In this document: positions 12,290-23,873 of the stretch, piece by piece
Numbering within the stretch: position 1 is the first letter of the stretch
How the letters are laid out: each line of letters starts with the position of its first letter
Assembly (NCBI RefSeq): GCF_001194135.2
Contig: NC_068982.1
Location: forward strand, 59,676,998 to 59,740,997
Origin: Octopus bimaculoides
Lineage: Eukaryota
Reading direction: 5' to 3'
Length of the DNA stretch: 64,000 bases
The notes under the pieces: model-generated
Database searches by the model: none
What the model was told of the DNA's origin: nothing
Seen by the model: only the letters and a program-made list of their open reading frames with translations
Made by a program: the position numbers and the translations under genes

Positions 12290-13790
12290 AATGAATGACA
12301 ATACATCCATAGAATTTTTCCGTGAACACAGAGTTCTACCAAATTCTGTAGAATGTCTACGTTGTCACTCGCCGTATCCTTTGCGTGCTGACATTATTAA
12401 CACGTGGCGATGTCGAAAGATTGTGTCTCGTCCTCATCGTCCAAGAAGAGTATGTGGTTTGTCTGTTTCCGAGCGCCAGAATACCATTTTTTGGAGAGAG
12501 CATATATTCTTGCCTGGAGAGTACTCTTGTTCGTGAATCATTTTCTTGGCCGGACATGGAATCACAGGTTTATGGTTCAAAACCTTGATAAGTCTACATA
12601 CCTATCTGTTGACTGGCGATCGTTTTGCTGTGAAGTTTGTCAATATTGGCAGGAACAGGGGCAAGACTTCCGCTCGTCTCCCACCCCACTAAAACCACCC
12701 TTAAAATTTTTTTTATTTACACCCACCCCCTTTTCGGCTACGGGAAATACAAATCTGCAAAAAAATATTGGCAGAAATCGACATTTTGAAATTACCACCC
12801 CCACCCTCATTTCCTTCATTTTAAACTTTTTTNNNNNNNNNNNNNNNNNNNNNNNNNNNNNNNNNNNNNNNNNNNNNNNNNNNNNNNNNNNNNNNNNNNN
12901 NNNNNNNNNNNNNNNNNNNNNNNNNNNNNNNNNNNNNNNNNNNNNNNNNNNNNNNNNNNNNNNNNNNNNNNNNNNNNNNNNNNNNNNNNNNNNNNNNNNN
13001 NNNNNNNNNNNNNNNNNNNNNNNNNNNNNNNNNNNNNNNNNNNNNNNNNNNNNNNNNNNNNNNNNNNNNNNNNNNNNNNNNNNNNNNNNNNNNNNNNNNN
13101 NNNNNNNNNNNNNNNNNNNNNNNNNNNNNNNNNNNNNNNNNNNNNNNNNNNNNNNNNNNNNNNNNNNNNNNNNNNNNNNNNNNNNNNNNNNNNNNNNNNN
13201 NNNNNNNNNNNNNNNNNNNNNNNNNNNNNNNNNNNNNNNNNNNCAAATTTGGGAGAAAATGATAGGGGCGGGGGGGATAGACGGAAGTCTTTCCGGAACA
13301 GGTAGCAGACAGAATTGGAGGTCCAGGCGTTGAAGTCGAAATTGCTGAAACAGTTATCGTTCGCCACAAATACAACCGGGGACAACGTGTAAAAGCGGTA
13401 TAATTGTTCGGTGGAATTGAAAGAATTTCGAAAAAAAAAAACAAAACATTCATGGTGCTTTTATCTTCCGATTGTGATGAGGGCGAGTCAAGGGATGCCG
13501 CAACTGTTATTCTTCTTCTTATTCGTCATGTTCAACCGGGTTCAATGATTTTTAGTGACTGTTGACAGACATACGTGATAATTGTGGAATATGGTATGGG
13601 TTTAACCAGATCAACCACAGTGAATATTTTGTTGATCCTGACAATCAAGGTATTCGACTGTTGAAAAATTTTGTAGAGGTGAGAAAGAAATTGTTCGGAT
13701 ACCTGGGATGAGGTGTAAGTACCTCAAGCAGTATGTGGCGAGGTATCTGTTCATTAAGTCTATTCCGAATCATGCAATAAAAATTAGGGC
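12290..13790 (+). pseudogene. Decayed Merlin (IS1595/ISXO2-like DDE) transposase
   Basis: FFREHRVLPNSVECLRCHSP..WRCRK; ERAYILAWRVLLFVNHFL..VDWRSFCCEVCQYW; after the insert, IGGPGVEVEIAETVIVRHKYNRG..LFGGIERIS..PGSMIFSDC..NHSEYFVDP..KYLKQYVARYLF. The first catalytic D of EIDET reads A. Confidence 0.85.
12660..13294. mobile_element. MITE with GG..CC termini and 8-bp TSD (Merlin-like) inserted in the transposase; interior mostly N gap
   Basis: TIRs GGCAAGACTTCCG / CGGAAGTCTTTCC; perfect TSD GGAACAGG at 12652-12659 and 13295-13302; removal restores QYWQEQVADRIGGPG. Confidence 0.85.
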
Positions 13791-14037
13791 AAATTAACTG
13801 TTTCTCGGAGATGTTCGTATTTCTATGATGGTTATGGACGAAGATAAAACGCGTGCACATCACTTAAGCCTAAAACTAACCCTAAAGAGTGTGGACGCAC
13901 TTTACCTTCACCCAATGGTCTACGGTAAAATAAACGTGTATATTACAAAAAATAGAGCAAGCTTACCGTTTCAAGTATATCCACATTTTTAAGAGGGTGT
14001 CGGACACAGCTTACTGCTCTCGCTTTCTCCGTGCTGA

Positions 14038-14101
<64 letters not shown>

Positions 14102-14329
14102 TGTGAGTTTATATCGCTCTGCGCTATTCGTTTATTAAGTTCTCTGATAGAATTGTGCAAAAGGAAATAATTCTCGCTGTATTTTAGCAAATATTTATTA
14201 AAAATTTCTAGTTTCAAATATTGGTTAAATCTCAGCCTGTTGATGCTCTTTGCTTTCGTCTCTGTCTCCATACAAAGAGAAAAGGTATTAATTTGCAGAA
14301 ACCTCAACTTCCTATTTACAATTCACGAT

Positions 14330-14790
14330 TTAAGCTGACCGTTTTGTGGGTCCGCATAACTTGATTCAAATCTTTTATTTGTGGTGTGTTGATATCGAAA
14401 ATTATTTTTTATTGAACTAATTTTTTTTTTATAGTGACCTTCGCATACGCATAGGTGCAATTATTTACCATCTGCTTGCTTACAAAATTGGTATTTGTTT
14501 ATAAGTGTTAATTTGGCCTAAACTCTGGATTCACATGAAACACGATTGCAAACTGCCCGAGAAAAGATGCGCAGATATAGTGCACGGATCAGAGAGGAAC
14601 AGAATGAAAATATAATACAAAGAGGAAAAAGACAACACTGATGGAGACGTGAGGAAATGAATGTAGATGAACATCAAGAATATTTAAAGAAAGCTACTAT
14701 GAATGCTATAGAAATGCAAATCATCCTTTCATTCTTAAATAGTTCCTCTTAAATTTTTTCATTCCGTGGAATTTCCACGGATGCCACTAG
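14330..14790 (+). mobile_element. Non-autonomous Helitron 3' portion
   Basis: Hairpin CCGTGGA-ATT-TCCACGG (14764-14780), then 6 nt and CTAG|T at 14787-14791; upstream R/E-rich frame (RLQTAREKMRRYSARIREEQ) resembles Helitron N-terminal repeats. 5' boundary uncertain. Confidence 0.6.
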
Positions 14791-15771
14791 TATTAATAAA
14801 TACGAGTAAAGTTCTTCTAAGTTCAGTTGGACTGCAAACAATTATATTAATTTATAATACCCTACAACATTCGGTTTTTAAGCTATTTCGACGAATTCTG
14901 CTAACGAAAATACACACTTGGCGTACTTATCGAAATATCTAAAATTTATGACTCCAAGTACAGGTTCAACAAACTTGTCGATATAAATTGCTGCAGTTTG
15001 TCTACGTGCAAAGAGAAGTGATTTATTTGAATTCATAGACATTTCAAATTAATATTTATACCTCGTGTCTTACGGTGTCTATTTTCCTGGTTTATATAAC
15101 CTACTTTAATTTTTAAAAATCTATAATTGTCGAGCTGAAGAATTTTCTACTTTTGATTTAGATATATTCCCATTTAACAATCACGTAGTATCCCAGGTAT
15201 ATAATATGTATTTTAGTTTAGTAGCGTGCAGTAAGAAAGATAACATGGCATTATTTTAATTTATAATGCTCTCAGCCCCTTAGAAGATTTCTGCAAAAGA
15301 ATATAGATTTTTTTTTTCTGTCGTATTCGAAAATTATGTCATAGACCGAAGTATAGGGAAAACCTAAACTCGACGATGCACGTTGCTATAGATTATCTAT
15401 AGAGCGAAGGGAAATACTTTGAATTTACAGACATTTCGGCTTGATACTTACACAAGATGTTTTAAGTACGTAGTGCGTTACCGGTTTCTTTGTAACTTAA
15501 TTCAATACAAATATCTTTTACTTGTGTCTTTCAACTGCAAGACAAATAAATGTTTCAAGTACATAGATATATAGATAGTTTGGGTACAGTTGCCTTGGGC
15601 TGCTTTGAAATTCGATTGAACTAAGATTACATTAATTTATAAAGCACTAAACTTTGTTTATTGAACTATTTGTTAGAAATCTACAAAAATATATATTCTT
15701 GTAGTTTCAGAAACATTAAAATGCTAATGTTCCAAACACAAGTTAAAGCTAAACTTGTTCATTTATTTTAC

Positions 15772-16023
15772 CTTAGATCAGTGACCCCCTAACTCTTTCT
15801 CTAGCAGGGATCACTTTCACTTCAATGAATTTTTCCACGGACACAGTGTTTGAAAGCAAATTTTGAATTCAGTTCACAGATCCCATTACTACAATTAGGG
15901 TTCCCAACATTTTGTTTACAGGTCTTGGATGTTCCACAGATATTAGGTTGGGAAGTTGCTGTAAGTTATCTACGCGCAAATTTGAATCGTTCAGCATTCT
16001 GTTTGACTGCATATGCATTTCTA
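15772..16023 (-). other. Candidate exon (non-coding or UTR) of an unidentified minus-strand transcript
   Basis: Strong acceptor ttttttcttttttttcgtttacag and donor aag|gtaaaa; 252 nt with stops in all frames; no recognisable homology. Confidence 0.3.
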
Positions 16024-16119
16024 CTGTAAACGAAAAAAAAGAAAAAAATCAACCTCTATATAACTGATTTAATGCTAAGCATTTTATTGACTTTAATCAT
16101 AAACAACTGCTTATAGTGG

Positions 16120-16430
16120 TATTTGAACTCAGAACGTAAAGACGGACGAAATGCCGCTAAGCTTTTTCCCCGGTGCGCTAACGATTCTGCCAGCTCGCCG
16201 CCTTAAGCCATTACATATATTGATTTCAAATTTCGGCACAAGGCCAGCAAATTCAAGGGAGGGGTAAGTCAGTTGCATCAACTCCAGTGCTCAACTGCTA
16301 CTTATTTTATCGAGGGATAAAAGGCAAAGTCAACCTCGGTGGAATTTGAACTCAGAACGTAATGACGGACAAAATGCCACTAAGCATTTTGCCAGGTGTG
16401 TTAACGATTCTGCCAGCTCGCCGCCTTAAT
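16120..16430 (-). mobile_element. SINE family C: a partial plus a full copy
   Basis: gaactcagaacgtaa..aacgattctgccagctcgccgcc occurs twice. Confidence 0.85.
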
Positions 16431-16929
16431 CACTATATATTAAATTTTTTTACACCAATGCCATTTTACACATCTGATATAATCACCATTCATCTGAATA
16501 AACATAAGCATTCACTAGTATTGCTCTAAAATTGTACAAGCTTATCCATATGAGAAATGAAAATTAACTAATCATCAGAACTAATACACTGTAGCTTACA
16601 TCTAATATTGATTTACACAACTGGCATATATCCAGAAAATTTTTGAATGGGAGGAATAGTCGAATAATTTGATCAAGTATGCTACTGATACAAGTTTTCT
16701 CGAGATTTGAACTAAGTAATCAAAGAATCAAAATTAAGCACTTTATTCTGCCAATCCGTTACCCTGTTTACATTTAATACTGATTTCTAACTTTTGCACA
16801 GATTCAAATCTGGTGAACAGTGCATATTAGATTATACCGACCATCGGTAGTAGACTGGTACTTTATTTTCTATCGTACCTCGGTGGGTGATAAGCAAAGA
16901 TTAACTCCATGTTTGAGAATGTAAAGCGG

Positions 16930-17829
16930 GTGCTAGGACAATTCATGCCCTGTTAATTTGACCCCGGTCAATTCGTCGTTGATCAATTAATCCCCAGGTA
17001 AATTCGTCCCAAAATACTCTTAAATATGATTTCCTAGGGAAAGTTTAGAACAATCATTTTTGAATTGAAATTGACGTTGGACAGTTTTAGATATTTTTCC
17101 TTTCTTTAAACACCACCCCTCTCCCTCTCTTAAGTATTTGCACTGAACAGTTTACGAACAAAGATTTTCAAGCGAAACGAATTCAATATATTCAATACGC
17201 TTACCCATCAACATGACTATCTGCAAGATCATAACTTCAGGGAAAGGAAAAATCAAAATGGTTGATCAAGAAAATTATACATATACACAAAAAATCAGCA
17301 GAATGAAAATATACTGGAGATGCGAAAATCGTATGTGCAAGACAAGGAGCTTAAGAAGATTGGGATCCATAATCACGCTTCGACTGCTGCAGAGGTAAAT
17401 GCAAGGATAATAGTTTCAAATATTAAAGTTAAATCTATTTCGTCTCGTGATGCCCTTCGCTCAATTATTGCTAGTGAAGTTCAGAATTTAAATCACTGTA
17501 CATTGTCGCAAATACCTCCGTTTGCACAGCTTAATAGGCATATTAGACGATGGAGGCCAGCTGATTCCGACTATCCTGCCACCCTACTTACAAACGTTGG
17601 GTTTTCCATTCCAACTGAATAGTCCTACCTTGACATTGTTGAAACGTTTCTGCAGTATGACAACGGGATGGCAGATTCAATATTAGTATTCAAAACGAAT
17701 ACTAATATTTTTAATTCAGATATTCGTTCTTCCATTTTTCCTATGATCTCGACAAATTAATTGACGACGAATTGACCTGGGGACAGATTAAACTATGACA
17801 AATTACCGTCGACGAATTGACTGGATAAC
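16930..17829 (+). mobile_element. Internally deleted MULE-type DNA transposon with FLYWCH-like N-terminus
   Basis: TSGKGKIKMVDQENYTY..IYWRCENRMCK..HNHASTAAEVNARIIVSNIK; inverted subterminal repeats ggtcaattcgtc (left) / gacgaattgacc (right); weak 9-bp TSD candidate gtaaagcgg/gtaaagggt. Confidence 0.75.
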
Positions 17830-18050
17830 GTAAAGGGTAGTAATTAAACGATGCAAGGAAATTTAACTGATAATCTACAGATTTTAACCCTTAAGGTTCA
17901 AGTAACTCAAACATATTTTTATTTATTTTTTTTTTTATTTATGTGTTTCAGCCAAGTGGCTGCGGTCATGCTGGTGCACCAAGTTCACCATTCCTAAATG
18001 TTTCTTTGGAAATATGTTATTTTTAAGAAATCATTCTGTCAATATTTTCA

Positions 18051-18355
18051 GTGCAAGTGGCTGAGCACTCCACAGACACGTGTACCCTTAACGTAGTTCT
18101 CGGGGATATTCAGCGTGACACAATGTGACAAGGCTGACCCTTTGAATTACAGGCACAACAGAAACAGGAAGTAAGAGTGAGAGAAAGTTGTGGTGAAATA
18201 GTACAGCAGGGTTCGCCACCATCCCCTACCGGAGCCTCGTGGAGCTTTAAGTGTTTTCGCTCAATAAACACTCACAACGCCCGGTCTGGGAATCGAAACC
18301 GCGATCGTATGACCGCGAGTCCGCTGCCCTAACCACTGGGCCATTGCGCCTCCAC
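18051..18355 (-). mobile_element. SINE family D copy
   Basis: Reverse complement of 54404-54703 with tRNA-like head. Confidence 0.9.
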
Positions 18356-18419
18356 ATATATCCATACAAATATGCACATACCTACATCTATATGTATACA
18401 TACATGCATAAATGGGTAC

Positions 18420-18780
18420 AGGACATCACAAAAAACGTTAAACACAATGAGAAACGAAAACATAAAGACGAAGATAGAAAACGAACTTTTTTTTCGAACC
18501 ACGAAAAAAACAAACAGAGAAACGAGACATGCAACATAAAGAATATTTCCCTTCTTCAGTTGTCCCTGTTCCATCTACTCCGCGTTTCGAAGGCAAGGAC
18601 AATACGTGACTTCGCTGGAACAGTCCTTCCCGCAAAGCAAATTAAATAAAATTTGGAATTTTTTGCGGAGGGTGAAAGTGTAAACAAGAACAAGACAGTA
18701 AAAGACAGTAAAAAACAAGACAGAACAGTGAAAACAAACGGTAAGGACTGTCAGGCCAAGACGATAGAAAAATTATTATT
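18420..18780 (-). mobile_element. Penelope-like terminal-repeat remnant
   Basis: Minus strand has CGAAACGCG and CTGAAGAAGGG motifs typical of PLE terminal repeats; no ORF. Confidence 0.4.
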
Positions 18781-19235
18781 TTGAACATTTAATGTTCAAG
18801 TGTCTGTTGTTTGGCAAGTCTTACGGAATACCACTAAGAATTTTGTCCAGTGTGTTAATGATTCTGCCAGATCACCGCATTCAAATGACCTGAATATATT
18901 GAAGCTAGTTTTCTTATTCACCTTTCTTCTCGTTCAACATCATGAAAGGATACTAAAATTGACAAAATTTATTTGACGCTGGATTAAACTTATAATTTGC
19001 AGAAAATATTGTTCCTAGCAGTAAATTGAAATGTTGCATTGAATCAGATTTGTGACTGAAGCATATACTTGAAATAATAAAAGAATCCTTGAAACCGCAT
19101 TTTGATGAAAAAAAACCCCCACTCTAAACTGGAATTTATAAAGATTCCAAGACATCTAACCTGAAATAACTGTTTTCTTTTAGTTTGTTAAATAATTCCC
19201 TGCTAGTTAATAAGCAGAGTTCTCCATTATATATA

Positions 19236-19451
19236 TGAGGGGGACTGAAAACTTCCTGGCTTTAAGGGTGTCACTAAAAGGTATGGTTGAAGGGTCAACC
19301 TTTCGAGTTCTTTTACAGGGCTTAGAAAAACCGAAAGACCACTGCAATAAGTGAATGAATCTGAGAGGGGAATATGGTGTATAAATGATCATTAACTGAT
19401 CCTCCAGTATTTTCTTTTACCCAAAGCCAGTGACTTCTCAGCACCCTCTCG
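19236..19451. mobile_element. Mariner-derived MITE
   Basis: TIRs tgagggggactgaaaacttcctggcttt / aaagccagtgacttctcagcaccctctcg; TA at left; interior resembles the mariner C-terminus (FLQGLEK..). Confidence 0.7.
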
Positions 19452-19457
19452 TGTGAA

Positions 19458-19512
<55 letters not shown>

Positions 19513-20537
19513 TTATATTCACCTGTGCACACACAGAGACTCAGAAAATGAAAGGAAAGGGAGAACTCAAGCCTGAAAACATTAAAATAGTTAACATCTA
19601 AACAATGACAACTCACCATAAAATGAAAATGTTGCATTAGTTCTGTTGTATAAACCAAACGAGTAATCTTGGTTATGAACTTGTTTTTAATATCCAAGAA
19701 AGTCAAAATATGCAATTTAAAGAAAACTTTAATTTGTTTCTTATGATTAATTGAATAATTTAATTAAAATTCGAGATTTGACTTACCACTGACTAATCTC
19801 TATCGACTTGTTAGAATTGTTTACAGTTAGTATTGTTTGTTTTTTTTTTTTTCCTTTTTCATGTCAAGAAGAATTGAAATTTAGAACCATTAGTCCACAT
19901 ATCGAAGGAAATTTGGTAAAATGTCTCTGATTATGAAGTTCTATCTATTCCCAAGTCAATTGCTTCTGACATCTTAATTGGATGTCTTAATTTATTGAAG
20001 GACAAACAACTTAGCGAATATTTCAAAAACAACATTAAGTAGTTGTAGAAATCTTAGACATTGAAAGTTTAGTTCTGGTGAGATTATATCCCTTAAACGT
20101 GCCATAAAACAAAATCTCCAGAGAAGTTCAGTATTATATTACTATGAGTCTAATTCCAAAAGACTACATTATTAACGAGCTTGCTCAATAGTCTTGTTCA
20201 TAATGAAAGGCTATTCCGCTTCTGAATGACACATTCTTCCAGAGAAAGACAAATTAATAGCTCGGGAAGGATATTTCTAGTTCATTCTTATATAATTAAA
20301 GAGGAGAATGAAATGTTAACATAGTCCAATTAGTAATGTATGTGCCACATGTAAGGAGGAAGAGAATATGTCGCTAGCAGAGTCATACATACATTGTCAT
20401 TATAACCAGGGCTGAATTAAGATCCTTCTAAGCACTTAACAGATCTTGGTGCCCCATATATATGTAATTCGAAATATAAACAATAATAAACAATAGAATA
20501 AATTTCTATTCTTCAAAATGAAAAAGAAGAAAAATCC

Positions 20538-20690
20538 TCCCAACCACATGGTTCTGGGTTCAGTCCCACTGCATGGAAACTTGGGCAAGTGTCTTTTACT
20601 ATAACCTCAGACTGACCAAGGCCTTGCGAGTTAATTTATTAGGCAGAAACTCAAAGAAGCCCATTGCATGTGCGTGCATGTATGTGTGTA
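20538..20690 (+). mobile_element. SINE family A 5' part
   Basis: cccaaccacatggttctgggttcagtcccactgc..ttgggcaagtgtc. Confidence 0.75.
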
Positions 20691-20761
20691 TATATACATA
20701 TATATTACGGAGATGTACTTGCATAGCAAATGACCTGATCTGAGATTGTGTGCTGGAACGA

Positions 20762-20924
20762 AAGCAATTGCAGCGTGGAAGGTGTTTATAAGCCATTTAA
20801 AAAACACACAAAAACCGTTAGATTCACTCCAACATTTAAATTTAATTTGCCGCAACCTGTTCACTGACAAAATTCCATGTGTTTCTTAAATGCCTTATAA
20901 GCACCTTCCACGCTACAATTGTTT
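20762..20924. mobile_element. Short MITE with ~40-bp TIRs
   Basis: caattgcagcgtggaaggtgtttataagccatttaa / ttaaatgccttataagcaccttccacgctacaattg. Confidence 0.8.
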
Positions 20925-20944
20925 ATATATATATATACTTTTAT

Positions 20945-21215
20945 TCTTTTACTGGTTTCAGTCATTTGACTGCGGCCATGCTGGAGCACCATCTTGAGGC
21001 GTTTTAGTCAAACAACTCGAAACCAGGACTTTTGTTAAGCTTAGTACTTATTCTATCAGTCTCTTTTACTGAACTGCTAAGTTACAGGCACATAAATACA
21101 CCAACACCGGCTGTCAAGTGGTGATGGACACAGACACACACACACAAATATATATATATATATATATATATACGACAAGCTTCTTTCAGTTTCCATCAAC
21201 CAAATCTACTCATAG
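20945..21215 (-). mobile_element. SINE family A copy
   Basis: ttcagtcatttgactgcggccatgctggagcacc..tattctatc..caaatc, the reverse complement of 55777-56105. Confidence 0.85.
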
Positions 21216-21742
21216 AGGTTCCAGAGGTTGGGGTTCCCGTTGTTCGGTCAACCGAAGTATTTATTGAGTGTAAGCAACTCAGTATCCAATATATACTTGT
21301 CCTCTCCACATAAATCTCCGGAACACTCAACACAAGACTTTGTGTGCATATATATGCGTGCGTGTGTATGAGAACGAGAGACAGAAGACTAAGGTTTCTA
21401 ATTCAAAGTACAGTCCATCTTGTACAAAGTGTAAGTACAACCAAAAGTCCTTCTCGAGCCACCGGCTCACATCACTGGGTTTCTTGGATTCTGTGGTATA
21501 TAAAGGGTAAAAGTAAAGACCCCCCCCCTTCATTCATGCATGACCATGGGGTTGCACCTAGAAAGTTACCCTCTGAGGCACAAGTCTGGGTAAGGTTGTT
21601 TATGGAAGATCAGCAGCCACACATGCCTACCAGCCTCCCCTCTCCATGCCATTGATGTTATCCAAGAGAAAGGCTAAGGGCAAGGCAGCTTGGTACCAGT
21701 GATGCTGCAACTCATTTCTACAGCTGAGTGAACTGGAGCAAC

Positions 21743-21795
<53 letters not shown>

Positions 21796-21810
21796 CGTGG
21801 GTATATATAT

Positions 21811-22255
21811 ATCATCATCATCATCATCATCGTTTAACGTCCACTTTCCATGCTAGCATGGGTTGGACAATTTGACTGAGGACTGGCAAGCCAGAAGGCT
21901 ACACCAGGCTCCAATCTGATCTGACAGAGATTCTACAGCTGGATGCCCTTCCTAACGCCAACCACTCCATGAGTGTAGTGGGTGCTTTTACGTGCCACCG
22001 GCACAAGGGCCAGTCATACGGTACTGGCAACAGCCACGTTCAAAAAGGTGTTTTTTACGTGCCACCTGCATGGGAGCCAGTCCAGCAACATTGGCAATGA
22101 CCTCGCTCTAATGATTTTCTAACGTGCCACCAGCACAAGTGCTAGAAGGTGACACTGATAACGATTGCACTCAAATGGTGCTATTTACGGGCCACTAGCA
22201 CGGAAGCCAGACAGCTGCTCTGGCAATGAACACGCTTGGACAGTGCTGATATATA
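21811..22255 (-). mobile_element. Family B (RTE 3'-type) repeat, long copy
   Basis: (cat)n cgtttaacgtcc..cagctggatgcccttcctaacgccaaccactcc, plus internal acgtgccacc repeats. Confidence 0.85.
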
Positions 22256-22412
22256 TGAGATCCCCACTGGATGAGATGTTAATCCATCTCAGGATTACTC
22301 ATTGGGGGTAAATGAAGTGTTTTGCTTATGAAACAGCTTACTACATGGTCTAGAAATCGAAACAACAATCTTATCATGAATGCAACACCCCAACCATTAA
22401 ACCACGCAACAA

Positions 22413-22745
22413 GTTGTTGTTGGCACTCCGTCGCTTATGACGTCGAGGGTTCCAGTTGATCCGATCAATGGAACAGCCTGCTCATGAAATTAACGTGCAA
22501 GTGGCTGAGTACTCCACAGACTCATAAACCCTTAACGTAGTTCTCGGGGATATTCAGCGTGACACAGTGTGACAAGGCTGACCCACAACAGAAACAGGAA
22601 GTAAGAGTGAGAGAAAGTTGTAGTGAAAGAGTACAGCAGGGTGTTTTTGCTCCATAAACACTCACAACACCCGGTCTGGGAATCGAAACAGCGATCCTAT
22701 GACCGTGAGTCCGCTGCCCTAACCACTGGGCCATTGTGCCTCCAC
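22413..22745 (-). mobile_element. SINE family D copy with internal deletions
   Basis: gttgttggcactccgtcgc..ccctaaccactgggccattg. Confidence 0.9.
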
Positions 22746-22919
22746 ACAATACAAGTATATTGTAATTAATAAGCGTAATATTCCACAGACGCTTGTACTC
22801 TTGAAGTATATTTTAAGTAGGTGGAGTATGGACCTGTGTGAATGTTTGTAATTATGAATTGGATCTCTGGTTCACTCGGCATGTTTCTGTGCCGTTTTCA
22901 TCTTTCGAATTACACTTAC

Positions 22920-23009
22920 AAAACTTGGGCGAGCATCTTTTAAATAACTTCAAAATGTCGATCCAGTAATTCAATGAATTTCTTTCATAAAAGCTTTCGT
23001 GAAAATTCC
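22920..23009 (-). other. Candidate 90-nt phase-1/1 exon
   Basis: Acceptor tttctttcaaaag, donor tt|gtaagt, open frame NFHESFYERNSLNYWIDILKLFKRCSPKF; no recognised homology. Confidence 0.25.
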
Positions 23010-23353
23010 CTTTTGAAAGAAATCAGCCAAATAAACAACTAATGAAACATGGTTTTCCTTGTTTGGAACGAATGATTTGTATAAATTATATCCATTGACA
23101 TCAATGAAAATCCTACTAGAAATATTTACACACTACAGTATATATATGTTTGTATGCAAATTCCGGAACAATGTCATAAAACAAATTGCAAAAAGAAAAG
23201 CTGAGAAGAAATGTCAATTTTCGTCAAGGCACAAAGGAAAATGTGATTTTTCTTTATAAAACAAAATACATCTTGTAAAAACTAAACCAAAGCATATTTT
23301 CTACTTTATTACTTTCCTTTGGGTGAATATTCACTCATTTATTATTCCTATTA

Positions 23354-23387
<34 letters not shown>

Positions 23388-23775
23388 CATTATTATTATC
23401 ATTATCATTATTACATTGTTGTTGTTGTTATTTTTATTTTGTTTTTCTAATTATTTATTGTTGTTGCTGTAGCTGCTGTTTCTGTTTATCACCAGATAGA
23501 AGCAATGAAATTCATTGAACAATAGAAAACAAAAATCTTAGGAACAGTTCTAGCTATAAACAATTGATAATTATTCCCTATTGATGAAAGAATTAAGACC
23601 AATTGATTACAGCAGTTATTTTTCTCTTGACAGTTAAGTGATTTCTGTTTGTCATTTGTTGTTGGTGTTGTTGCGATTGTTGTTATTCTTCATGTTCGGT
23701 TATTATGCTTTTTCTTTTCTTTCGCAATAACTTTCTTGTTTTACTCTCACCTCTTGCTTCCCCTCCTCTCTCACC

Positions 23776-23806
<31 letters not shown>

Positions 23807-23836
23807 GCTTTCATGTACACACGCAAGCAAACACAT

Positions 23837-23873
<37 letters not shown>

